A DNA stretch of 64,000 bases from an uncultured Candidatus Saccharibacteria bacterium (GCA_964577565.1 CAZNZL010000003.1:241-64240); one strand, 5' to 3'. Numbered from the stretch's first letter, positions 7,506-17,454 are shown. The notes: generated by a model not told the origin, from the sequence alone. Translations and numbers: made by a program.

Positions 7506-9155
7506 ATGGATCCGAATATAAAACAAAGTATTATTGACCGTTTAAAGCAGACCAACAATGTCTTGGTTACGGTTAAAAGCAACCCTACCGTTGATCAACT
7601 TGCTGCCTGTATAGGTTTGACACTGTTTTTGAATAAGCAGGGCAAGCATGCCACCGCCGTTTTTAGCGGCGAGGTGCCGCCCGTTATAGAGTTTTTAAAG
7701 CCAGAAGACACGCTCGAGAAAAACACCAATAGTTTGCGGGATTTTATTATTTCTCTCGATAAAAGCAAGGCCGATAAGCTTCGTTATAAGGTAGAAGACA
7801 AAGTTGTTAAGATTTTTATAACTCCGTATCGCACCAGTCTGAGTTCAGATGACCTTGAGTTTAGCCAGGGTGATTTTAACGTAGACGTTGTCGTAGCGTT
7901 GGGCGTACATGCGCGGGAAGAGCTTGATCAGGCAATCATGGCTCATGGACGTATTTTGCATGACGCAACGGTGATATCGGTTAATAATACAAAGCCGGCT
8001 GACCTTGGTGCGCTCAACTGGAATGATGAAAAAGCAAGTAGCTTAAGCGAAATGATTGTCAGCCTGGTTGATGGACTGCAGGCTAACAGCCTTGACGGGC
8101 AAATGGCAACAGCCTTTTTGACGGGGATCGTTGCCGAAACAGAGCGCTTTAGCAACACTAAGACTACGTCTCAAACAATGAGTATAAGCGCTAAGTTAAT
8201 GGCGGCTGGCGCAAATCAGCAACTTGTCGCTAGCAAGTTGCAAGAACCTTCATCAGTAGCAGAGACCAGTGGTACTAAACAAGATTCTGAAGAAGGAATG
8301 TTGGCGATTGAGCACTCGGATTCAAAATCTAAGCAAACTGAGTTGCCGCAGCCTTTTGACGGTGATGAGGACGGCTCTACCATCCACATAGATAGTGACG
8401 GGAATATTGATACTGGCTTACAAGAGACAGCAGCAAGGGAACAATCCGAATCAAATGAAAAGTCAGACAAGCCTAGCGCAAACTTTGACTTACCTAGTAT
8501 TGATAGTAGGCCGGCTGACAAAGTGCACGCTATTGCGCCTAACCCTACCGTAGATCCGATGAGTATTAAAAACAATGCACGCATTTTAACGCACGAAAAG
8601 TCAGTAACCCCCTTACCAGACGATAAACCACATCTGACTGATACGGGCGACAAAAAACCCCAAGATACACCGACCCCAAACAAAACCCTAAGCACGCTTG
8701 AGCACGAGCTAGATAGCCCTCATGTAAGCAGTGCGGCGCCAAAGATTGATGACATGCTTAGCCAGACAAAAGCAGTTGAAAGCACTCCAAAACCAGACGT
8801 ACATCCTGCAGAAGCCGCGCAAAGCCTTGATGAAGCCAGACAGGCCGTAGAGCAGGCTGCTTTGAGCAATCTAAGTACACCGCCTGAGCCGGTCCAATCT
8901 CTTAATGCTCAGCCTCTTGGAGAACCCCTTAATCCCCCCACTCCTTTAGACGGCCAGGCTGGTAACCCTGCAGAAACACCATTGCCTCCGGTAGCGAGTA
9001 CGGCTCCATCGGCTTCTACACCTCCTTCAAATGGTCTTAATTTACCGCCTAATCTCGTGCCTCCTGACAAAGGCCTACCGCCAGAACAGACAGGTGTAAG
9101 TGGCTCTCCTACGCCTCCACCACCCGTTCCACCGCCGCTACCTCCTACAATGTAA
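7506..9155 (+). CDS. DHH/NrnA-like domain protein (degenerate metal motifs) with a long Pro/Thr/Ser-rich C-terminal region
   Basis: N-terminal ~230 aa resemble NrnA-type DHH phosphoesterases, but motif I reads NPTVD. The C-terminal ~300 aa are low complexity and end PPPVPPPLPPTM. Confidence 0.6.
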   Translation: MDPNIKQSIIDRLKQTNNVLVTVKSNPTVDQLAACIGLTLFLNKQGKHATAVFSGEVPPVIEFLKPEDTLEKNTNSLRDFIISLDKSKADKLRYKVEDKVVKIFITPYRTSLSSDDLEFSQGDFNVDVVVALGVHAREELDQAIMAHGRILHDATVISVNNTKPADLGALNWNDEKASSLSEMIVSLVDGLQANSLDGQMATAFLTGIVAETERFSNTKTTSQTMSISAKLMAAGANQQLVASKLQEPSSVAETSGTKQDSEEGMLAIEHSDSKSKQTELPQPFDGDEDGSTIHIDSDGNIDTGLQETAAREQSESNEKSDKPSANFDLPSIDSRPADKVHAIAPNPTVDPMSIKNNARILTHEKSVTPLPDDKPHLTDTGDKKPQDTPTPNKTLSTLEHELDSPHVSSAAPKIDDMLSQTKAVESTPKPDVHPAEAAQSLDEARQAVEQAALSNLSTPPEPVQSLNAQPLGEPLNPPTPLDGQAGNPAETPLPPVASTAPSASTPPSNGLNLPPNLVPPDKGLPPEQTGVSGSPTPPPPVPPPLPPTM

Positions 9156-9182
9156 TGAGCTAGTGGTACACTGTCTTCATGG

Positions 9183-9225
9183 ACAGCGTGCTATTAATCG
9201 ACAAGCCAAAGGGCTGGACGAGTCA
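9183..9225 (+). repeat. 43-bp direct repeat, copy 1 (truB 5' coding sequence)
   Basis: Identical to 9332-9374. Confidence 0.95.
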
Positions 9226-9231
9226 CACAAC

Positions 9232-9302
9232 TGAGACAAACCTACGGTTTTTCTCGTCGCGCCGGCAAAATGGTGCGACATTTTGTCGGGCTGCTCTTTT
9301 CC
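9232..9302 (-). repeat. structured intergenic repeat family 2, copy 1
   Basis: TGAGAC...TTTTCTCGTCGCGCCGG, then a CAAAATG/CATTTTG hairpin, then TCGGGCTGCTCTTTTCC. Near-identical flanks occur at 22851-22917. Confidence 0.8.
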
Positions 9303-9324
9303 CTTTGAAATATAAGAGTCACAT

Positions 9325-10062
9325 ATGTTAAACAGCGTGCTATTAATCGACAAGCCAAAGGGCTGGACGAGTCATGACGTGGTTGCTAAAGTTCGTTCCC
9401 TTATTCGGCAGGGAAATGTAACGCAGTTGAAAAAACTCGGGATTTCGCATTTTGATGCAGTGCAAGGTGGCCAGGCACTACGAAAGATCCGTGTAGGGCA
9501 TGCGGGTACGCTGGACCCATTGGCTACCGGACTGCTCATTGTATTGGTTGGTAAAGCTACCAAGCGCCAAGATGAGTTTATGAAGCAAGATAAAGTTTAT
9601 GAAGTAACACTCCATTTAGGTCAAACAAGTACCACAGCAGATGCAGAAGGCGAAAAAACAGTAGTATCAACCAAAAAACCAAGCCAAGAAGAGGTAAAGA
9701 AGGCCCTGCAGTCATTTGTTGGCACGATTCAACAGGTGCCACCGGTTTTTTCAGCCATTAAAGTTGACGGTAAGCGTGCCTATAAATTGGCGCGAGCCGG
9801 CAAAGAAGTTGCACTAGAGCCTCGAACAGTCACCATTTATTCAGTTAATGACGTTAGCTATGGCTATCCGCATGTTCGGTTTACGACGAAAGTATCAAGC
9901 GGTACGTATATTCGATCATTGGCTGTCGATATAGGTGATAGGCTACAAACCGGAGCCTATATGTCAGATTTACACCGAACAGCTATCGGCAATTTTAACG
10001 TTTCTGAGGCGCAAAACATTGATGAACTGGATCCATCGGAGCGTAACTCTGTTGAGACGTGA
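9325..10062 (+). CDS. truB: tRNA pseudouridine(55) synthase
   Basis: LLIDKPKGWTSHDVV and GHAGTLDPLATGLL catalytic-Asp motif. Confidence 0.92.
   Translation: MLNSVLLIDKPKGWTSHDVVAKVRSLIRQGNVTQLKKLGISHFDAVQGGQALRKIRVGHAGTLDPLATGLLIVLVGKATKRQDEFMKQDKVYEVTLHLGQTSTTADAEGEKTVVSTKKPSQEEVKKALQSFVGTIQQVPPVFSAIKVDGKRAYKLARAGKEVALEPRTVTIYSVNDVSYGYPHVRFTTKVSSGTYIRSLAVDIGDRLQTGAYMSDLHRTAIGNFNVSEAQNIDELDPSERNSVET
9332..9374 (+). repeat. 43-bp direct repeat, copy 2 (inside functional truB)
   Basis: Identical to 9183-9225. Confidence 0.95.
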
Positions 10063-10071
10063 AAATCTTGT

Positions 10072-10100
10072 TGCCAAAATAGCTCTAAACTGATATAATC
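10072..10100 (+). promoter_or_regulatory. rpsO promoter (TTGCCA-17-TATAAT)
   Basis: Hexamers at 10072-10077 and 10095-10100. The ATG lies 9 nt after the -10 box and there is no Shine-Dalgarno sequence. Confidence 0.65.
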
Positions 10101-10109
10101 GAAGCACGA

Positions 10110-10376
10110 ATGATAACAAGTGAGAAGAAAAAGGCAGTAATCTCTGATTTGGCAAAGCACAAGTCTGACACCGGTAGCAGCGCGGTGCAGGTTGGTATTT
10201 TAACGAAGCGCATTGAAGAAATTACCGAACACTTAAAGACGAATAAAAAAGACCACATGGCACGCCGTGGTCTGCTACAAATGGTAGGGCAACGTAAACG
10301 CCATTTGGCTTACATTGCTAAAAAAGACAGCAATGAGTATCTTGCGTTAATCAAGAAGCTCGGGCTTCGCCGATAG
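10110..10376 (+). CDS. rpsO: 30S ribosomal protein S15
   Basis: 88 aa with GSSAVQVGILTKRIEEITEHLK...HMARRGLLQMVGQRKRHLAY. Confidence 0.93.
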   Translation: MITSEKKKAVISDLAKHKSDTGSSAVQVGILTKRIEEITEHLKTNKKDHMARRGLLQMVGQRKRHLAYIAKKDSNEYLALIKKLGLRR

Positions 10377-10631
10377 GATTGTAAAAAAATGCACATTTTG
10401 CACAAAAACTTGCGCGCTGAACCTCGACGTATCGTTGCATGCGCCTCGGTTACAGTGCTCGGTTTTAATACAAACTGTACTGTTTTCAAAAAATCCTCTT
10501 GTGTATAGACTGGATGTCTTGAACTTCAAGGCCTTAAGCTTGTGCACATTAAAAGATAATAATTCCGGTTTGGTGTATTGCAACAGATATATGTTTGCCG
10601 TTTTTGCACAAGAGGCGCGTATATTTGCACA

Positions 10632-12809
10632 ATGCACCAAAATTTTACCTGGAAAGAGAGCGAGTATATTTTGGGAAAAACTATAAATCCACTCGGAAAA
10701 AAAATAACCTCTGTCTCGACAGAATTTTGCGGACAAAAACTAGAACTTGAAGTTGGTCGGGTAGGCTTTCGGTCTACATCAGCAGTGATTGCTCGATACG
10801 GCGAAACAGTTGTACTAGCAACTGCTATGGTTGGCGATAAGCCCTTGCAGGGTTTTGACTACTTTCCTTTGAGTATTGATTACGAAGAAAAAATGTATGC
10901 AGCAGGCAAAATTAGCGGCTCACGCTTTATTAAGCGAGAGGGTCGCCCAAGCGAAGACGCCATTTTAATTGGTCGCTTGATTGATCGCCCAATCCGCCCC
11001 CTGTGGCCAAAAGGTTATCGCCACGAAGTGCAGGGTGTAGCAACCGTTTTAAGCATGGACCCAGCTTTTCGGCCTGACATGGTTGCGATGGTTGCCATGA
11101 GTGCTGCTTTTATGCTTACGGGCGCACCATTTGAAGGCCCAATTGCCGGCGTTCGAGTTGGTATTAAAAACGGTAAGCCGCAAGCCTTCATGAGTAATCA
11201 AGAGCTTACTAACGGCAAGCTTGACCTTGTGGTGGCTGGTACCAAAGACGCCATAATGATGGTTGAAGCTGGCGCCAACGAGGTAGCCGAAGAGGAGCTA
11301 ACGACTGCGCTTGAGTTTGCACAAAAAGCCATAAAACCAGCTGTTGAGCTACAAGAAGAATTGGTTAAAAAAGTTGGCGTGTCAGCGCAAGCGTATGAAC
11401 TGAGCCTGCCTGATAAAGATATTCAACAGCGCGTTGAGACATGGCTAGAAGGTAAATTGGGCGCTGGTTTGCGAGCGCCGTATCCTGAGCGTAATAACCT
11501 TGTCAACAACCTGCGCAGTCAAATGCAAGAGCACTTTAAAGAAGAGCTCGGCGAAGAAGCATTTGCTGAATTGCGACAAGAATATGATGATGCGTTCGTA
11601 CTAGCCACCCATAAAGATGTACGCAAGGGTATTATTGAAGAAGGTATTCGTCCTGACGGCCGTACATTAACTGAAGTTCGTCAACTTTCAAGCGAGATTG
11701 GTATTTTACCGCGTGCCCATGGTTCAAGTTTATTTACCCGTGGCGTCACGCAGGCTATGAACATCGTCACCCTAGCGCCTTTAAGTTACGCTCAGCTGGT
11801 TGACACCATGGAAAAAGACGAAGAAAAGCGCTATATGCACCACTACAATGCACCTGGTTATACTGTTGGCGAGGTGCGTCGGTTAGGCAGCCCTGGCCGT
11901 CGAGAAATTGGCCATAGCGCATTGGCAGAGCGGGCGTTACAAGCGGTATTGCCAAGTGAAGCAGACTTTCCATACGCCATCAGAAGCGTAACCGAGATCA
12001 TGAGCCAGAATGGTTCTACCAGCATGGCTGCAACCTGCGCCAGCTGTTTGGCCTTGCTTGATGCGGGTGTTCCATTGAAGCGGCCTGTCAGTGGTATTGC
12101 CATGGGGTTGATGATGAATGGTAGCGATCCAATTATCTTAACCGATATTGCTGACGCCGAAGATTTTGCCGGCGATATGGACTTTAAAGTTACCGGTACG
12201 TCAAAAGGCATTACCGCACTGCAAATGGATATGAAAGTACATGGACTACCAGTTACGGTGCTTGCCCAAGCACTAGAGCAGGCTAAAGAAGGTCGCGCCC
12301 ATATTTTGGCGCACATGCTCGAAACCATCGACCAACCCAATGAAATGAGCCAATATGCCCCACGCGTTGAGGCCATTAAAATAAACCCAGAGAAAATCCG
12401 TGATGTTATTGGTAAGGGCGGTGAAACCATCAATAAGATCATTGCTGAAACCGGTGCTGAAATTGATATTAAAGACGACGGTACGGTAATGATTGCCAGC
12501 CCTGATAAGACATCAATTGACGCCGCCATTCAATGGGTTAAAAACTTAACCGCCGAGCCAGAAGTCGGCAAAATTTATGAGAATTGCCGAGTTGTTAGTG
12601 TGCTTGATTTCGGTGCCTTTGTAGAGATTATGCCTGGGCATGAGGGTTTGGTACACGTGAGCGAAATGAAAGAAGAGCGCGTTAACAAGCCGAGCGATGT
12701 TGTCAGCGAGGGCGACCGCGTAAGCGTAAAATTAGTAGCTATTGATGACCGTGGCAGGCTACAATTAAGTATGAAAGCTGCCACACGAGAAAAGAAAAAT
12801 AAGGGATAA
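10632..12809 (+). CDS. pnp: polynucleotide phosphorylase
   Basis: Two RNase PH domains, then KH (GKGGETINKI) and S1 domains, in rpsO-pnp synteny. The start is uncertain: ATG 10632 lies 6 nt after TATATT, with TTG 10671 as an alternative. TTG 10578 is rejected. Confidence 0.9.
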   Translation: MHQNFTWKESEYILGKTINPLGKKITSVSTEFCGQKLELEVGRVGFRSTSAVIARYGETVVLATAMVGDKPLQGFDYFPLSIDYEEKMYAAGKISGSRFIKREGRPSEDAILIGRLIDRPIRPLWPKGYRHEVQGVATVLSMDPAFRPDMVAMVAMSAAFMLTGAPFEGPIAGVRVGIKNGKPQAFMSNQELTNGKLDLVVAGTKDAIMMVEAGANEVAEEELTTALEFAQKAIKPAVELQEELVKKVGVSAQAYELSLPDKDIQQRVETWLEGKLGAGLRAPYPERNNLVNNLRSQMQEHFKEELGEEAFAELRQEYDDAFVLATHKDVRKGIIEEGIRPDGRTLTEVRQLSSEIGILPRAHGSSLFTRGVTQAMNIVTLAPLSYAQLVDTMEKDEEKRYMHHYNAPGYTVGEVRRLGSPGRREIGHSALAERALQAVLPSEADFPYAIRSVTEIMSQNGSTSMAATCASCLALLDAGVPLKRPVSGIAMGLMMNGSDPIILTDIADAEDFAGDMDFKVTGTSKGITALQMDMKVHGLPVTVLAQALEQAKEGRAHILAHMLETIDQPNEMSQYAPRVEAIKINPEKIRDVIGKGGETINKIIAETGAEIDIKDDGTVMIASPDKTSIDAAIQWVKNLTAEPEVGKIYENCRVVSVLDFGAFVEIMPGHEGLVHVSEMKEERVNKPSDVVSEGDRVSVKLVAIDDRGRLQLSMKAATREKKNKG

Positions 12810-12811
12810 CA

Positions 12812-13063
12812 ATGGCTAAACGAAAGAAGCTAACCAAAGAACAGCGGGCGTTTCGGTTTTATAATACTGCCCCTGGCCATTTAGTATTGGCGGCACTCAT
12901 TTGGGTAATTGGCTTCAATCTATTTTTATTAGCGACTGATACTGGTAGCTTGCTGCAGTGGAGCGGCGTAATAGTTTGTTTAATTTGGGGTTTGTACCAC
13001 TTGGTGGTAGCCACACAGATGTTCCTTAAAAAATTATGGCAGAGAGCAAACAGCAAAAATTAG
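12812..13063 (+). CDS. small membrane protein (83 aa, 2 TM)
   Basis: Two hydrophobic helices and an AAGGGA Shine-Dalgarno sequence. Confidence 0.6.
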   Translation: MAKRKKLTKEQRAFRFYNTAPGHLVLAALIWVIGFNLFLLATDTGSLLQWSGVIVCLIWGLYHLVVATQMFLKKLWQRANSKN

Positions 13064-13671
13064 ACCAAATTCGTCAGGCAATTATTGACGACCGTATTTG
13101 CCTGGAACTTGCAGAGACCGCAACCCAGCTTGTTTTTGGCGATGGCAGCGTGGATGCCAAGCTACTTTTTATTGGCGAAGCACCAGGCAAGAATGAAGAT
13201 CTACAGGGCAAACCATTTGTCGGTGCCGCCGGTAAATTTTTGGATGAGATGTTAGAATCAGTCGGTTTACAACGCAAAGACGTGTATATAACAAATATTG
13301 TGAAATATCGCCCGCCCAACAATCGTGACCCATTACCCAAAGAAAAAGCAGCTTTTCTGCCTTATTTGCAAGCCCAGATAGAGGTAATTCAACCCAAACT
13401 AGTCATTCCACTCGGGAGACACAGTATGAATTGCTTCTTACCAGATTTGCAAATTAGCAAAGCCCATGGCCAAGCCTTCCGCAAGAAAGTCCGTTCTAAC
13501 CCTAGGACAAACGCTGACGGATCGGCCTCGACCAGTCAGGACGTGCAGGCTACAAAGTCGCTCGTCTTCCTACCGCTGTATCATCCAGCAGCTGCTTTGT
13601 ATAACGGTGGCATGCGCCAGACGCTCCTGGATGACTTTGCCAAAATTCCCAAACTACTAACCATGATTTAG
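13036..13671 (+). CDS. uracil-DNA glycosylase superfamily protein (family 4/5-like)
   Basis: GEAPG..ED..GKPFVGAAGKFL, NIVKYRPPNNRDP and LYHPAAAL motifs. The Fe-S cysteines are not evident. Confidence 0.8.
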   Translation: MAESKQQKLDQIRQAIIDDRICLELAETATQLVFGDGSVDAKLLFIGEAPGKNEDLQGKPFVGAAGKFLDEMLESVGLQRKDVYITNIVKYRPPNNRDPLPKEKAAFLPYLQAQIEVIQPKLVIPLGRHSMNCFLPDLQISKAHGQAFRKKVRSNPRTNADGSASTSQDVQATKSLVFLPLYHPAAALYNGGMRQTLLDDFAKIPKLLTMI

Positions 13672-13693
13672 AACAATAAGGAGAAAACATTAC

Positions 13694-15757
13694 ATGAACG
13701 AAAAACAAGCCAGGCCAAATAGACGTGGCAATCAGCAAAAAACCAGCTCGCAAAAACCTAAAACCACGACAAAGAAAACTGCCAACGGCAACGGGCGCAG
13801 CGTATCGCGCAGCCAAGCTATCAGAGCCCAGAAACGCAGCCTTGAAGATGCGCAAAAAATGCTTAATCAATACGCTGCGGCAGCCCAAAAACAAAGTAGC
13901 GATAAGTCTCGCCGCGCAAACGTTGTTGTTGATGATTTTAATAAGCTTAAGATCACCTTCTTGGGCGGTTTAGAAGATGTGGGCGAGAAAAATACAACCG
14001 TCATTGAATATCAAAATGACGCTATTATTATCGATTGTGGTAACAATCTCGGCGTTGACTTGCCGGGTATTAACTATGAAATCGTCGATCCAACGTATCT
14101 AGAGAGTATTCGTCACAAGATAAAAGGTTACGTTATAACCCATGGTCACCTTGACCATATCGGTGGCCTAAAGCACATCGTTCCTAAGTTTCCGGCACCA
14201 ATTTATGGAACTCGATACACGATTGGCGTGGTCGAGAAGACATTTGAGGACGTTCCAGCCGGCGAAGAGCATTTTGATCCCAAAACCATCATTCTAAACA
14301 TGGACAATCACGAACGGCTTAAGGTAGGTGCTTTTTTTATAGAGTTTTTGCGCTTAACCCACGCAATTCCTGATGCAGCCGCAGCAGTCGTTAAATCACC
14401 TGTCGGGACCATAATTGCAGCTGGAGATTTTCGACTTGACCCTGAGCCGCTTGATCAAAAACCAAGCGATAAAGAGCGCCTTAAGCAACTAGGCGATGAA
14501 GGCGTGCTTGCATTATTGTCAGATAGTACCAATGCCGAAAAAGAAGGCAGAACGCCCACAGAACACACCTTACAAGAAAGCTTTAACGACATAATAAAAA
14601 ATGCACCGGGACGTATCATGGTGGCGGTTTTCTCAAGTAATATGAACCGAACCCAAATGATTATCAATGCTGCCGTGGAAGCGGGACGTAAGGTTGCATT
14701 AGATGGCCGTAGCATGATGGCGTATGCCGAAATTGCCGTGAGACAAGGTATTTTACGGGTGCCAAAAGGCACCATTATGGCCATGAAAGATGCTGCTAAT
14801 ATTCCTGATGAGCAGCTACTGGTTATGTGTACCGGTGGGCAGGGTGAACCCAACGCAGCTTTACAGCGTATGAGCGAGGGCAACCATCAGTACATCAAGC
14901 TTAAGCCTGGTGACACCGTGGTGGTTAGCTCGACGCCAATTCCTGGTAACGAAGTTCGTTACGATGCAATTGGTAATAATTTAGCAAAAATAGGCGTACA
15001 TTTGTTCCGCCATCCAACCCATGAAATTGACGGCTGCGGGCCGTTGCACGTTTCTGGGCACGGTCGCCGAGATGAATTGCGCGAGATGATCCAGCTCGTG
15101 AGACCAATCTTCCATATTCCGGCTCATGGCGGAATGTTACGGCGGCGTTATCATGCAGAAATTGCCATTGAGGAAGGCTGGAAACGAGACCACGTGATTT
15201 TAGCTAACAATGGTGATAGCTACTTACTTACGCCCGAAAAGGCAGAGTTTGCCGGTGAAGTGCCGCATGGTAGTTTGTTGGTTGACCAAACGGGTGCAGT
15301 GGTAAGCAATGTGGTGGTTAAAGACCGTATTGTGTTAGCAGGAGAAGGTATGGTTGCCGTTGTGCTTACGATTGATCGTAAGTCAGGTGCCTTGCTCACA
15401 AGCCCTGATATTTTAACTCGTGGCTTCATCTACATTCGTGACTCAGAAGAAATTATGAACGGCTTGCGTCAAGAGTTGCGCCGTGCGGTGCAGCAACGCT
15501 TTAAGCGCATTGACCTCGATCGTTTCAAACAAGAGTTAAAAGACCACATTACGCACTTCTTGTACGAGCAAACGCAGCGCTCGCCAATTGTGATACCGGT
15601 TGTAAATGTAGTGGGTATTAAAAATGGCGACGGTGGTCGAAACGGTAAAAAAGTCACGGTTGAGACTAAAACGCCAGACCAAATCGCCGAAGAGCAACAA
15701 CAACGGTTTGCCGAGCTTAGGGCCAAGTTGCTTAACTCTTCGCGAAAAGGCGATTAA
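13694..15757 (+). CDS. rnj: ribonuclease J with a basic ~80-aa N-terminal extension
   Basis: Metallo-beta-lactamase motif ITHGHLDHIGG plus beta-CASP and C-terminal domains. Shine-Dalgarno sequence AAGGAG. Confidence 0.9.
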   Translation: MNEKQARPNRRGNQQKTSSQKPKTTTKKTANGNGRSVSRSQAIRAQKRSLEDAQKMLNQYAAAAQKQSSDKSRRANVVVDDFNKLKITFLGGLEDVGEKNTTVIEYQNDAIIIDCGNNLGVDLPGINYEIVDPTYLESIRHKIKGYVITHGHLDHIGGLKHIVPKFPAPIYGTRYTIGVVEKTFEDVPAGEEHFDPKTIILNMDNHERLKVGAFFIEFLRLTHAIPDAAAAVVKSPVGTIIAAGDFRLDPEPLDQKPSDKERLKQLGDEGVLALLSDSTNAEKEGRTPTEHTLQESFNDIIKNAPGRIMVAVFSSNMNRTQMIINAAVEAGRKVALDGRSMMAYAEIAVRQGILRVPKGTIMAMKDAANIPDEQLLVMCTGGQGEPNAALQRMSEGNHQYIKLKPGDTVVVSSTPIPGNEVRYDAIGNNLAKIGVHLFRHPTHEIDGCGPLHVSGHGRRDELREMIQLVRPIFHIPAHGGMLRRRYHAEIAIEEGWKRDHVILANNGDSYLLTPEKAEFAGEVPHGSLLVDQTGAVVSNVVVKDRIVLAGEGMVAVVLTIDRKSGALLTSPDILTRGFIYIRDSEEIMNGLRQELRRAVQQRFKRIDLDRFKQELKDHITHFLYEQTQRSPIVIPVVNVVGIKNGDGGRNGKKVTVETKTPDQIAEEQQQRFAELRAKLLNSSRKGD

Positions 15758-15849
15758 ATAACTTTTATAAGTGCTCATGATAAAATATATTAGAGACTAT
15801 TGTTTATGTATATGCATGCAAAGTCTAAAAGATAACAGGAGCACTTACT

Positions 15850-16677
15850 ATGCCAACAGACGGTGAACCATCAGGTCAAGATCCAAACTTTGATGATGAG
15901 GTAGTTCAGAGAGCACATGAGATACTTGAAGGTGCTCATGATACCCTTATGGATGAAAAGTATCATAGAACTAGAATTGATGACCATGAGAGTACGATGA
16001 GTGTGCTAGCAAGTGGCGATAATCCAGACACGCCGTTACCTCATGATAGGGGGACATTATTAGATCTTGCAGACATCAAGTATCAGAAATCGTATGATGC
16101 AGGCGAAATTGATGGACCATTTGAGTTTCCTTCAGTACGAGCAAATCGACTAAGGAGAGAGGCTGCACAAGAAGGCCGACCACCAATACTAGAAAATATT
16201 GGCGATTATAAACGTGTTGTTCACCAACCTATTCGACCTGAAAACCCAGAAGATGAAGTGTTCTTAGATGACTATCGAAAAAAGCTTGAATCACGTGATT
16301 GGGATTCAATAAGCGATGCCGATAGTGAACGGGCTAGGCGGATTCACAATGAATTTGAAAAAAAACGCAAACAACAAAAGCTAGATGAAGTTGCTGTCGT
16401 AATGGAAAATTTACCCGCTGGTTCAGCCGTTATAGAAGAAGTCATAAGGGATAATGACGCAATACAACCACAACATTCTACAGTATGGTTACGTTGCGAA
16501 GATCCAGAACAAGCAGCAAGATATGTATACAAAGCTGGCGATGATTACTACGAACCTGGCCCAGGTGAATATGACGGAATCCATACAGGACGCTATATTT
16601 ATGTAAAAGGAAGTGATGGTACTGTTCAAGAGGTAAAAAAGGCGGATATTATACCCTATAACGAGTACTACTTCTAA
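15850..16677 (+). CDS. hypothetical acidic protein (275 aa)
   Basis: Long ORF with a CAGGAG Shine-Dalgarno sequence. No family recognised. Confidence 0.65.
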   Translation: MPTDGEPSGQDPNFDDEVVQRAHEILEGAHDTLMDEKYHRTRIDDHESTMSVLASGDNPDTPLPHDRGTLLDLADIKYQKSYDAGEIDGPFEFPSVRANRLRREAAQEGRPPILENIGDYKRVVHQPIRPENPEDEVFLDDYRKKLESRDWDSISDADSERARRIHNEFEKKRKQQKLDEVAVVMENLPAGSAVIEEVIRDNDAIQPQHSTVWLRCEDPEQAARYVYKAGDDYYEPGPGEYDGIHTGRYIYVKGSDGTVQEVKKADIIPYNEYYF

Positions 16678-17392
16678 ATTGGACAGAACGCTCAGATGTT
16701 TCGTCCTTCAGTAATTCGTTCATTAATTCTTTCAATTGTTCTGTATGCTCTGGTAGCCAGCTCATGAGAGCGTGTGAAGCACCATTTAGCTCTATGAAAG
16801 TTAAGTTCTTCGAGGCTGCTTTGAGCAGTTCAATGACATCTTGAGGGATTACATCGTCCTTGTCGCCAATGCAGATGACCGTTTTACCCTCATAGTCAGC
16901 AAGATATTTGATTGCATTGCTAGTCCGCCAGCTATCCGGTTCACGCAGCTTATCTGTAAAAATATCTGTACCGAAAGGCAAATCTTGAACATCGGCTCGG
17001 TAAATTGCTGGGCACCCAAGTAAAATTGCCTCTATACGGCTGCCATAATATGGCAATAGGTCACATACCGTATGTGCTCCCATGCTGAAACCTATTAAAT
17101 ACAAGCCTCTGCCCGACGGAATCAAGGCATTAATAACACCTATCGTTTGCTGCTTACGTCTTTCTAATGACAGCTTCGCTAATGTGCCGCTGCTCTCACC
17201 GTGCCCTGATAGGTCAAAGAGTATGACACCGACACCACGTTTGAGTAATTCTTCGGCGACAGGGTAGTATTTTTTACGCTGTGTTTTTGCGCCACCGCCG
17301 TGGATGATAACAGCATTTTTATCTGCTAGTTTGTACTCGCAAACAATGCTTTCGCCATTAACTTCTAAAATTATCTGCTTTAAGTTCTGCAT
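16649..17392 (-). CDS. alpha/beta-fold hydrolase
   Basis: HGGG oxyanion region and nucleophile elbow GFSMGA. TATTAT lies 6 nt upstream of ATG 17392. The upstream extension to 17491 is rejected. Confidence 0.8.
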   Translation of the reverse strand: MQNLKQIILEVNGESIVCEYKLADKNAVIIHGGGAKTQRKKYYPVAEELLKRGVGVILFDLSGHGESSGTLAKLSLERRKQQTIGVINALIPSGRGLYLIGFSMGAHTVCDLLPYYGSRIEAILLGCPAIYRADVQDLPFGTDIFTDKLREPDSWRTSNAIKYLADYEGKTVICIGDKDDVIPQDVIELLKAASKNLTFIELNGASHALMSWLPEHTEQLKELMNELLKDETSERSVQFRSSTRYRV

Positions 17393-17454
17393 GACTAAAT
17401 AATAGCAGGACTTGGGAATATAATTCTGTTCAGCCAGTCTGATATACTTCCCAT

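Larger units (their letters stand above)
9179..9331 (+). pseudogene. displaced ancestral truB 5' end fused to inserted sequence (50-codon ORF)
   Basis: ATG GAC AGC GTG CTA TTA ATC GAC AAG CCA AAG GGC TGG ACG AGT CA duplicates the truB start, then runs into the repeat element. Confidence 0.6.
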
